Assembly (NCBI GenBank): GCA_965202585.1
Contig: OZ241834.1
Location: 7,502,001 to 7,566,000, forward strand
From: Thalia democratica
Taxonomy: Eukaryota
Direction: 5' to 3'
DNA length: 64,000 nt
A program made the position numbers and the translations under genes. This document shows, piece after piece, positions 1 through 10,089 of this stretch. The notes below the pieces were generated by a model that saw nothing but the letters and a program-made list of their open reading frames with translations, ran no database searches and was not told the origin of the DNA. The first letter of the stretch is position 1, and every line of letters starts with the position of its first letter.

Positions 1-1585
1 TTTTTATTAAACGTAATATGGTTAATAATTTGTCGTTCGAAAAGTAATGTTTTCAATAAGAGGCTTAAAGTTCAATAGTAAGAATAACTTCTTATAAGTT
101 TAATAGTAAGAATAATTTCTTATAAATTTAATCTTGACTTAACTTTGATTTTTTTACTTTATAATGTATAGTATTATTTTTTAAATTAAAGCTAATTTCA
201 ACTAGTTAAACCTAGGCTCATCATAAATCAAGTAAATGGAATTGGTTTGTGAGAAAACATTCATTTCGGTCATCTTGATACACAACTTAGATGCAAGGTT
301 TATAATTTAAAAAATCACCACGCAATTACTTTAGTATGATAATTTTACTACTTTTAGTATTGACTGCACAACTTTGAAGAGCAACAAACTTTATAACTAT
401 AAAAACTTGTTCGGTGTTTTATAATCTACTTGACATGATTTTTTTAATTTTGATTATTTCAAATATTGTTCTTCAAATTTTACTTTATTTTGAAAGTTTA
501 TAAAATCTATAAAAAATCTTGAAAGCCGTTAAAAAAAGTCTACTTTGGCAAAGTTTTATGAAATTTCAATAATTAATTATGAAAATTCGTGAATGCGTGA
601 ATTATGAAAATTCACGCATGAATAAGTATTTAAACAACAGTATAATTAACTAACATTGTTTTATGCAGTTTCATATTTTATTTTTGCTTGAAAAGGTCGC
701 AATCGCAATCTCTTGCCACCGAAACCGGTCGCGAATAAAATAAAAAACTTGCACAAATCTATTTAAATCTATTGAAATTTCAATAAAAAATAAACCTCAA
801 AGCTTTTGAAAACACGTATTAAGACCATGTATCAAAACGTATTTGATCTTACATAGGTGATATGCAAACAAGAAAAAAAGCTTACCGGCCAAAAATGCAA
901 TGAAAAGATCTTACATAGTAGAACACTTTGTCAACGAATCCTAAATCTGGTGATAACTTTTTAAGTTTGTAGGTTCAATTTTTAAGACATTGCTCGAACA
1001 GTTTTGATTTAACCAAATTAAAGCTATTACAACACAATTAAACAAACCTAATTTATATATAAAAAGTAAGAATTCAGATATATTATACGTTGCCTTATTT
1101 AATTAAATACCATTTTAAGTTGATAACAAACAAAGTTTATGTTGATTAAATTTACTATGTATTAATTGATTGGTTTACATAACTATTGGTAGTATACATA
1201 CTCTAATTTATTTTAAAGTTAGTTGTTTTAATTGTACATTCTCTGGTTAGAACTGAAGAAGTTTATTGGAAATTTAAACCTTAGTTGTTATTTTATTGAG
1301 TATTAAATAAGTATATTATTATTTATATACTATTTGCAACTATACAGACGACTGATTTTATTTTGTATTTTATTTCACAAAGCTTTTCAAAACTATACTA
1401 GTTTCATTGTCAAGTGGTATATTTTAAATGAATTTGAAAAAATTTTGAATTGTAAAGTATAGTATTAAAAAGCTTTGTGAAATAAAATATAAAATGAGTA
1501 ATCTGTACATAACAAGTTGCAAATGGTATATAAATACGTTTAAAAATTTTCCTATAATAGCATATACCAGTAAAGTAAGTAAAAG

Positions 1586-1674
1586 TATTGAACAATAAAA
1601 AGCTCTCAATAAGTTTAGTCTTAAAATTTGCTGTACGAAGGAGACTTCCGGTTATCGAGTCGTACACCACAGGC
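1586..1674 (-). repeat. Dispersed ~90-bp two-hairpin repeat, copy B (inverted relative to the copy at 30362-30453)
   Basis: The reverse complement reads GCCTGTGGTGTACGACTCGATAACCGGAAGTCTCCTTCGTACAGC...AGACTAAACTTATTGAGAGCTTTTTATTGTTCAATA. It shares GTGGTGTACGACTCGATAACCG and AGACTAAACTT with the 30.4-kb copy. Confidence 0.8.
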
Positions 1675-4473
1675 TTTTACGGTTTCCTATGAGCTAATAA
1701 TGTATTTAATCTGATCTTATCATTTAAACCTAAAAAAAAGATTAATAAAAAAAAAAAAAAAAAATTAAACGAAAATCAGCTAACTATTGTGTTTACTTTA
1801 AAGTTCTATTTAAAATCTACTAAAAAGCTTGTCTAATAACATAAAAATTTAAATACAGTCTAAGCCTAAAATTTAAAAAAAAAGTAAAAATAGAAGTAAA
1901 GAACATTTTTACAACTAAAAATAAACTTTAACTTAACTTATAAAACGAAATAAACAATACTAATAGCAAACATGAAAATATTTTAAAGATAGGTTACAAC
2001 TTTTTTAAAGAAGGTAAAAGTATAATAAGCTAAAAAATTTTTACATTAAATTCTATCAGTATTATGTTCAAAATTTAACTGTTTAATTTTTATTTAATAA
2101 CTTGTTTGTAACAGTTAAAGAAGTTTATATTTAAATCATTGGCGTGTCTAACATTTTTGAGTGGGGCTGCACATTGTCTTTGCCGAGTAGTAGAGTATTT
2201 TGTGAAGTAGTTCATATTAATACACTTTGGAAAACTACATAACTGTCTAAAATTTCCAAAGTACAAAAAATCTTTAAGTTTTAGACTATTTAAAAATAAT
2301 AAGTAAAAAACAATGCAAAATCTTTATAAGTAATCCAGTTCCTTAACTTTAATTAAAAATATTAAATTTAAACTTAATAAACCTTTTTTACTGAAAATAT
2401 AAAAATTTTGCCTTACATTGTGAAGCTAACATAAATAATGAAATATTTTATATATAAGAAACTAAAAACGAAGTACTAATCTAAATTATTAATTTAAATG
2501 TCTAAACAATAGAAAAACATGTAAAATTATATGTTAATAAGTTACTTGGTAAAACAGTACCAGTTTAAATAACTTAGTTAAAAATAAAACTTAAATCAAA
2601 ACCAAGCTATGTTTTCGATAAAAAACTAACAGTAGACGTGAACAATTATTTTACAACCTGATGAAAAAAAAGTAAAACTACGGTTTTTTAGTGTTGTAAA
2701 AATAGAAACAATATGTGACTTCGTCAAAGGTTTCCAAAAATAAAAATGAAGTTGTAAAATCATTCAAAATTAACTTTTTAAAATACTTATGATTGGCTAA
2801 TTTTGAATCAAAAGTTTCATTTTTTTAAACTGTGCAACTATTGTAATTATAAACTTTTGAGTTATTTTTAACAGTTTTTATACAAAAAGTTTCGTTATTT
2901 GACGTAGTTCTTAAAAAATTATAAACAAAACTTTACTTTATATCAAAAAATTAACAAAAATTTATGAATTCTTGGAAAAATAATTAAAAAATACATACTG
3001 AACAGCTTTTTTATAAAAAAAGTTCAGTTTTTTTCAGGGGACATGAAACCAGTCAAAACACGCTCCTGATAAGCACACATTAAAATTTGTGAATAAAAGT
3101 ATTTAAAACTATCTTGAAAGCTCTACATAATCCAAAAATGAAGAAAGAGTTAAGCTTAATTTGCATTTACAAACTTTCATGCAATAACTTACGTAAAGTA
3201 TTTTATACAGATCAATGAAAAAGTTTATGCCGTTTTATTAAAAACTAATCGTTCGAATCAAACTTTCAAGCTCTTAAGGATTTTTATTAAAGTTTATTAA
3301 AAACTTGTTAGTATTTTATTTATTTATGTTTAATGTACATTTAGAGTTATGTTTTAGATAAGTATATTTGAAAAAATTAAACTTGGTTTAAACTTAAGTT
3401 TCAATAAATACTTAAAATGTAATGACTTTGTAAAACTAAAAAAATAGAAATAAAAAATTCAACAGAGAATAAATTTATATTTTTTCTTAACGTAAATAAA
3501 CCAAATAACGTAAAAAAACAAATGCTAAATGAATATAAAGGTATTGTTACAATAAATAGGTGTGGATGTTTTATTGATATGAAAAGATTTTTCGAAGCAG
3601 AACAATTTCTTTTAAGTAGAGCTTCCACAAGTACGAAACAATAAAGCTACTAGATTTCATTAACAAATTTGAAAATTTTAAGTAACAACTTTTTTATTTA
3701 TAACATAGCATACTAGAAGCTTAAAATATATGAGCTATAAAAAATATTAAGTTTGTTAAAATCATTTTAAAGTCAAAGTTAGTAATATATCATAAGTATC
3801 ATTTTAATTTTTTGTTTGTTTTAATTAAGTTTCAACGTAACATAAAAATAGTCTACCGTTTTAAAATATAAACATGTTTTTTAAACATTTATAATTTTTA
3901 TTTAAGTTTAAATAATAGCTTAAATAAAACTTCAGATATTTTTTAATAATTAAAGTTTAATTTTATTAGTGAAAGTCTTTGTATTAGTGAAAGTTCTATT
4001 AACAGTTTTATTACTTAACGAGTAATTCTCACTAAAAAAATTGCTTACCTTAAACCGCTCTATTTCATTTTAAAAGAATTATGTTTACAAGCATAAAAAC
4101 CATCAATAATATTATAAACATATTGCAAAATTGTTTTTTGTTTATAGAGACTTAAATGTTGCAAAATAAAGATATTTTGATTATAATTTAGATAATCTTT
4201 GAGCTAACTGTTATCTATAACGGAAAAATAAAAAATTGTATAGCATGTCAAAGTATCCTAAAATATTATATTTTTAGAATGTTTAAGGAAAAAAAATACT
4301 TGGCAATTCATAACCATGGATTCAAATACTAAAGAAATAAAGTAAGTCAAAAAAAGTCTTAGATCACGCTCAGACTTTTTTGCAATAAAAAGTTACACAC
4401 AACTAATATTTATAATGAAATTCTTCAATTTAAAAAGCTAATATTTTTCAGAAGGTACGGGCTAACTTTCAAC

Positions 4474-6697
4474 ATGAATAGAAAAGAAAGCAATATAAAC
4501 AGTGTGGTAATGAAAGACAAAAGCCAAGCGGCTATGGTGAATCTCATAAACGCAGGTAAATTGACATTTTATTGTAAATCTTTGCTTTATTTTTGATTTA
4601 CCTAATATTTACTTCTTATTCAAGTTTATTTTTCTAGTCTTTGGGTTTTAAATGTAATTCATCAGTTAAAATTGCTAAGTGTTAACCATAAACCTGTATA
4701 GCTTTTTTGTTTAAAAGCTTACTTTATTAATTATAACTTTTTTTCTCTCATATTTAAAGGGAAGAAAAAAGTCAAATTTTTTTAACTTTAAACTTACTTT
4801 TATGTAAGCTATTGTTTTTATCTCAATTTTTTACAGGTATGTATTTAACAATTTTTATAGATATTCATAAAAATATTTTACTATTTAGGTTCTGAAAAAA
4901 TTAAGCAAGAAACCCAAACCAGTTCAATCGATGTACAATATCTAAACACAAAAATTGAGTACTTAATAAAAGAAAACAAACAATTAATAGATCATAACAG
5001 ATTTTTAGCTAAAGAAAATCATAAATTGCTTGAAGAGTTCTTTAAAAATAAGAAAAACTCCTCAGAATCTGAGCACGAAGGTAAATCAAATGCATCTAAA
5101 AGTTTTGAAAAAGATGAAATAAGAAATTTAAAGGATGAAAATAATATGTTGAGAACGGAGATAAGAATGCTCAACGAAAACGCTTCTTAAGAATTTAATT
5201 TCAAAAACCATGACCATTTCAAAAAAAATCAAGAAGTTTCAAATTTGAAACTACATATACAGACTTTAAAAACTCAATATGAAATTGAAAAAACCAACAG
5301 TGAGCGATTTGAAACGCAAATAAAAGAGCTTAAAGTAATTAACGGAGACTACCAAAAGCAAATCGAAACGCAAAATCAATAGAACTATTACCTCACAACT
5401 GAAAACTCACAATTAAAAGACAAATTCTTTAAAATGAGTGAAGGGAAAAAATTAAGTATTCAGCAAGTAGATAACTTTAGTGAGAAAATTTACCACAGCA
5501 AAAAAACGGAAATTACCAATCAGTATAAAGAGGACAAATTTTTAGCACAAAAAGGTTTGACTAGGTCCAAAGTATCTTAAAAAAAAAAAATTTAGTTTTA
5601 ATTGTAAGCAGCTGTTTTTACTGCTCTTAGCTGTAATTTTTTTATGATAGTTAATGAAGGTAATAAATACAATTTTACAGCAAAAGGTGTTGTTTATAAT
5701 AAAACTAGAACTTTGTACTATCCTTAAGTCTTTAAATCTTGTTAACTAAAGACATTAATTTTAATACAAAGTCTTAATTTTACAGATTTCTTATATATAG
5801 GAGGGAAAACTTACAAAAAGTCTTTTATATCTTTCAACACTACATCACAACAATGGACCAGGTTGGCCTAGCGAAAGATCTTATCACGGATCTGTTGTTG
5901 TGAAGAACACTCTGTACCTACTTGGCGGTGAAGGGAATAAAAACATAGACAAATATAATGCTGCAGCTAAAAATCTTGTCACTGTGAAGTCCATGGACAC
6001 AGCAAGAAGTGATTTCGGAATTTGCAACTACAGTGATGACAGCACAATCATAGCAGGAGGATACATTGATGGTGAAAAAACTAACACAAGTTTTTTATAC
6101 AATACAAACTTAAATAAAATTAAGAAGCTGGGAGACCTAAATGAAAAAAATTGTGGACTCGTACTAGTTAATTGCTTAGGAACAGTATTCTGTGTAGGTG
6201 GGTGTAAAAAAATAGAAAAGTTTAATCCACTTGAAAATAAGTGGATGACAGCTCAAAGCAGCTTAAGTATTGGCAGATTTCATCCTCGTGCAGTTGCCCA
6301 TAGAGAGTTCATTTACATTTTAGGAGGTCAAAACGAGCATCATAAAATGGAAAGTTCGATTGAGAAGTTCAATACAAGGACCAGCGAAGTTACAGTAATT
6401 GAGTCAAAGCTTCTGATTCCTAGAAACTGCTTTGCTGTGTATAAAATCAGTTCAGACGTTTATATAATTGGCGGAGACACATTTGACTACTCTAATACTA
6501 CACCCGCTAATGACAGTTTAGGTGTCATGCAACAGCTATCGATTAGTATGAAAAGAAGTATGTTGGACCTAACAAATCATTTCACAAATACTACAGAGAT
6601 TTTCAATTTGAATTCTGAGGAAATTCGGCAAGGTATAAGTTTTCCAATTTCAGACGAAGGTTTAACGGCATGTGTGTTGCTTAACAATGAATTTTAG
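4474..6697 (+). pseudogene. Coiled-coil + Kelch-repeat gene, disabled (3 exons)
   Basis: Exons 4474-4555, 4889-5554 and 5786-6697 join in phase with GT-AG junctions. Exon 2 encodes a K/E/N-rich coiled coil with in-frame TAA (5188-5190) and TAG (5380-5382). Exon 3 has a frameshift at ~5863-5867 (…WTRL / PSERSYHGSVVVKNTLYLLGG). The supplied ORF 5900-6697 carries Kelch motifs (LYLLGG, IIAGG, FCVGG…IEKFNP…W, IYILGG, VYIIGG). Confidence 0.8.
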
Positions 6698-7607
6698 AAA
6701 TTCTTTGAGAAAAGAACAAAAATAAAACGAGAAGGTTTAGTTGTTTGATAGAGCTAAAGGCTTGAATCTCTATCAAGTTATCTATCTTTCTGTTCATTTA
6801 CTTTTATTTGTAGTTCATTTTTGTTTTTAAACTATTTGAATTACAACTTCATACAACAAAATATTTGTAGTACCTTTGTTAGCCTTTTTACGATTTGGTT
6901 TTTACTAAAGTATGCAAATTTAAAATTTTGATTTACTTTAAAAAACGTTTTAGCTTTTTACAGCGTAAAGCTAAAAAATTGTCATTGTTAAATTTTTTTT
7001 AAATTTTTAGTTTCCCTTCCTTTTGTGTACATTATGTCGTTTAATTGAAAAAAACTTTTATAAAGACTTTAAGCAAAAATTGATTTATTCAAAATTATAA
7101 ATATATGTATATATACTTACACACTAAGTATGTAATAGTGTAGTATTATATAACTAAAACTATTTATAAATACAACTTTAAACTATTCTTTAATTTAAAA
7201 AAAAAAACTACTAAATTAACATTAAAAAATTTTATGCTTCGAAACGAGGAATACTCGTAAAGTCGAGTCTGCACAAACAAATATTAAAATTTTTACAATT
7301 TTCCTTACAAAACAGTTAAAAAAGTTTCTTCATTTAAAATTTTTTAAATCTGTAATCTGTATATTCATCAAAAAATATTTTCTACATAAAACCTATACGT
7401 CTTTTCTCAACTTTTTATATTTATATTTTTAATATTAACTTTTTTGAAAATAGTTTTTTGTTAATGTAAACTTGTGCGTCACTATTTTTTAAACAAGTTT
7501 AAATGATTTAATAAACTAATTTAATAAAAAAAAATGTAATTTTGATATAAGAATTAGTTGATCGTTTTGTTATACAACTTTTCTAATCAATTCAACTAGT
7601 AGCTACC

Positions 7608-7650
7608 AGTGGCGTAGCGTGGTATTTTGGTCAGGGAGTGCGCAAATTTT
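7608..7650 (+). mobile_element. Isolated DNA-transposon (hAT-type) terminus CAGTGGCGTAGC…
   Basis: CAGTGGCGTAGCGTGGTATTTTGGTCAGGGAGTGCGC is GC-rich in an AT background and resembles common MITE ends. A decayed look-alike lies at ~2138-2175. No partner end or TSD found. Confidence 0.3.
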
Positions 7651-8134
7651 TTTCTCAAAAAATCCTCTAAATAAAAACTTTTGTAATTAGCTATAAGAAA
7701 ACTTTTTATAAGTAATTTAATTGAAATAAACTTATTAAGTAAAATAAGTTCGTTAACTGTTTTAAAAAGTACTTATATATTACAAAATTTAACAATTAAA
7801 TAAAAGTATAAATTTCATTAGAATTACTTATACTTGCAAAAATGTAAACTGACTAAATAAAAATTGTTTTTATTACTTACAGTAAACTTTATATCTTTAA
7901 AAATTAATATATTCAATAAAACGAAAGTATCTGTTTTATTTACGAAAAAAATATCAATCTCTTTAATATACAATACAACAGTGATAACAACACCTCATTG
8001 CACATAATTTTAATAAAGTTACACAGAAGTTAAAATAGACCAACTTTATAACTGTTATTACAGTTTATTACAACTTTGTAAAATAGTTAAAAGTATACTT
8101 TTTAAATATAATTCATTTGATTGTATTTGTTTAA

Positions 8135-9730
8135 AACAAAAATCACAAACAAAGTTTATTTCCATTATGCCATAAGAAAGAGTTCCCACTAAACATCGAG
8201 TGCAGAACTATTAACCCAAGCAAGAATCATCTAGGTAAAATAAGTAAGAATATACTAGAAAATATTGTAAACCAAATAAAAAAGAAGTCAACTCTAATCC
8301 AATGGAAGAATTCTTACGAAGTCATTGAATGGTTTAACAGTATTAATGAAAAATCAAAAAAATGCTTTGTTAATTTCGATATCCAAAAATTTTACCCAAG
8401 TATCAAACTAACACACCTTATGAATGCTATAGAGTTTGCAAGAAAGTTCACTGAGATAAGTGAAGAAGATGTGAAGATTATAACACACACCTGTAATTCA
8501 GTTCTTACCTACGATGGTAAAGTATGGACCAAGAAAAATCAAGAATCATCGTTCGACGTCCCTATGGGGTCGTACTTCGGAGCTGAGTTATGCGACCTTA
8601 TTGGTCTGCACATTCTTGATAGATTAGGAAAAACATACAAGTCAAACCAGATAGGCCTATATAGGGATGATGGCTTGGCGATTATCAAGCACAAAAACAA
8701 CCAGGACCTCGAGAATATAAAAAAACAAACAATAAAGACCTTTAAAGACATTGGTTTCAAGATAACAATGGAAATTGGTATAACTAAATGCAACTTCTTG
8801 GACATCACGCTAGACCTCGCAAACAATTGCTATATGCCATATAGAAAAGAAAACTCCTCAATCAGATATATCAGTAGTGACTCCAACCACCCGAAGATAA
8901 TCAAGAAAAACCTACCCAAGATGATTGAGAAAAGACTAAATAGATTGTCCACAGACCTAAGAACCTTTGATAATGCAAAACATAGCTACCAAATTGCACT
9001 GCTCCAATCCAACTTCAAACACAAGCTTGAATATGAAAATAAAACCAACCCTGTTGACAAGAAGAAACGTAGACGAACAAGAAAAATTTTGTATTTTAAT
9101 CCCCCATACTGCCAGTCAGTAAAAACCAACATTGGGGGGAAATTTTTAGACCTAATTGACAAACATTTCAAAACAGAGAGCATGAAAAAGATCTTCAACA
9201 GAAGTAATTGCAAAATATCATACTGTTGTATGGATAATGTCAAATCACTAATAAGTACCCACAATAGGAAGATACTAAACAAACTGAATCATAAAAACAA
9301 CCAAGAGGAAAAAACGTGCAACTGCCGCGACAAAGACTCCTGCCCCTTAAGTGGCAAATGTTTGCAGGAGAATGTTGTTTATAAGGCGACGATAACCAGC
9401 CAGATAGAAACAAAAGAATACATAGGATCAACAGGAAACCAATTCAAAAAGAGATGGTATGCGCACATTAGCGATATTAAGAATGAAAATAACAAGGGAA
9501 CAGAGCTTTCCAAGTACATTTGGAGTTTAAAAAACAATAACACCAGCTACGATTTAAAATGGAGCATAATGCACAAGATCAGGGAAATGAAGAATATAGG
9601 TAAAATCTGTAAGACTTGCAATTTGGAAAAAATAGAAATAGCACTTTCTAATAAGAAACGAATTCTAAACAAAAGACAAGAGCTCTTCTACACCTGCCCG
9701 CACTTTAGGAAATTTTATTTTAAAACTTAG
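8135..9730 (+). CDS. PLE reverse transcriptase + GIY-YIG endonuclease (open frame, N-terminally truncated)
   Basis: The frame stays open upstream of the supplied ATG at 8420, back to 8135: CRTINPSKNHLGKISK, QWKNSYEVIEWF, FDIQKFYPSI (RT motif), DVPMGS…AELCDLIG, LYRDDG (catalytic), FLDITLDL, CNCRDKDSCPLSGKC, VYKA…EYIGST…FKKRWYAH (GIY-YIG), CKTCNLEK…LNKRQEL…CPH. Confidence 0.95.
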   Translation, partial: NKNHKQSLFPLCHKKEFPLNIECRTINPSKNHLGKISKNILENIVNQIKKKSTLIQWKNSYEVIEWFNSINEKSKKCFVNFDIQKFYPSIKLTHLMNAIEFARKFTEISEEDVKIITHTCNSVLTYDGKVWTKKNQESSFDVPMGSYFGAELCDLIGLHILDRLGKTYKSNQIGLYRDDGLAIIKHKNNQDLENIKKQTIKTFKDIGFKITMEIGITKCNFLDITLDLANNCYMPYRKENSSIRYISSDSNHPKIIKKNLPKMIEKRLNRLSTDLRTFDNAKHSYQIALLQSNFKHKLEYENKTNPVDKKKRRRTRKILYFNPPYCQSVKTNIGGKFLDLIDKHFKTESMKKIFNRSNCKISYCCMDNVKSLISTHNRKILNKLNHKNNQEEKTCNCRDKDSCPLSGKCLQENVVYKATITSQIETKEYIGSTGNQFKKRWYAHISDIKNENNKGTELSKYIWSLKNNNTSYDLKWSIMHKIREMKNIGKICKTCNLEKIEIALSNKKRILNKRQELFYTCPHFRKFYFKT

Positions 9731-9851
9731 CGTTTAATTCTTTTATCACTTAGTTCTACTTTTGTTATTACTTGTACCCTCATTTGTTAAACGCCATTTT
9801 GTTTTGTGTTTTTAAGCTAAATCCAAACCTATATAAAACAAATCATCTATT

Positions 9852-10046
9852 GTAAGTATAAAGCATATTTAAAAGTTTAAAAACGTCTTTTTCATTATTA
9901 TAAAACTTTTAATTTTGTTAACTAATTCTCTAGTAATAGCACTATACATTTTTAATTTTAATTTTAATTTGAATTAATTTATAATTTTTTGCATTATTGT
10001 ATTTTCTTAAGTTTGTCCATCGTCTTATGTTTATTTTATTTTACAG
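9852..10046 (+). other. Candidate spliceosomal intron in the PLE 3' pLTR
   Basis: GTAAGT donor at 9852-9857 and TTTTATTTTACAG acceptor ending at 10046. PLEs are known to retain introns in their pLTR. No transcript evidence. Confidence 0.5.
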
Positions 10047-10089
10047 GCCTGAAGATCCCTTAGGGGAGAAACATTGTAGCCTTTGTAAA
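10040..10089 (+). ncRNA. Minimal type I hammerhead ribozyme
   Basis: Stem I AGGC (10045-48) pairs with GCCT (10079-82) and extends TTTAC/GTAAA across a 2-nt bulge. Core CTGAAGA at 10049-55, stem II TCCC-TTAG-GGGA, GAAA at 10068-71, minimal stem III C-ATT-G, cleavage triplet GTA at 10076-78. Confidence 0.85.

Noticed and set aside
593-619. Perfect 10-bp hairpin ATGCGTGAAT-TATGAAA-ATTCACGCAT
   Set aside because: Isolated, derived from a local short duplication, and without the CTRR end expected of a Helitron.
3522-3644. 40-codon frame (…GCFIDMKRFFEAEQFLLSRA…) resembling one TPR helix pair
   Set aside because: Single short segment, no convincing splice context or neighbouring repeats.
5188-5382. 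Alternative genetic code (TAA/TAG = Gln) to explain the Kelch-gene stops
   Set aside because: The CH25H-like and cupin genes end at TAA and the PLE ORF at TAG at the expected positions, and the same gene also has a frameshift.
9300-9730. Selenocysteine recoding as reported for some Naiad elements
   Set aside because: All conserved Cys positions are TGC/TGT and there is no in-frame TGA in the ORF.
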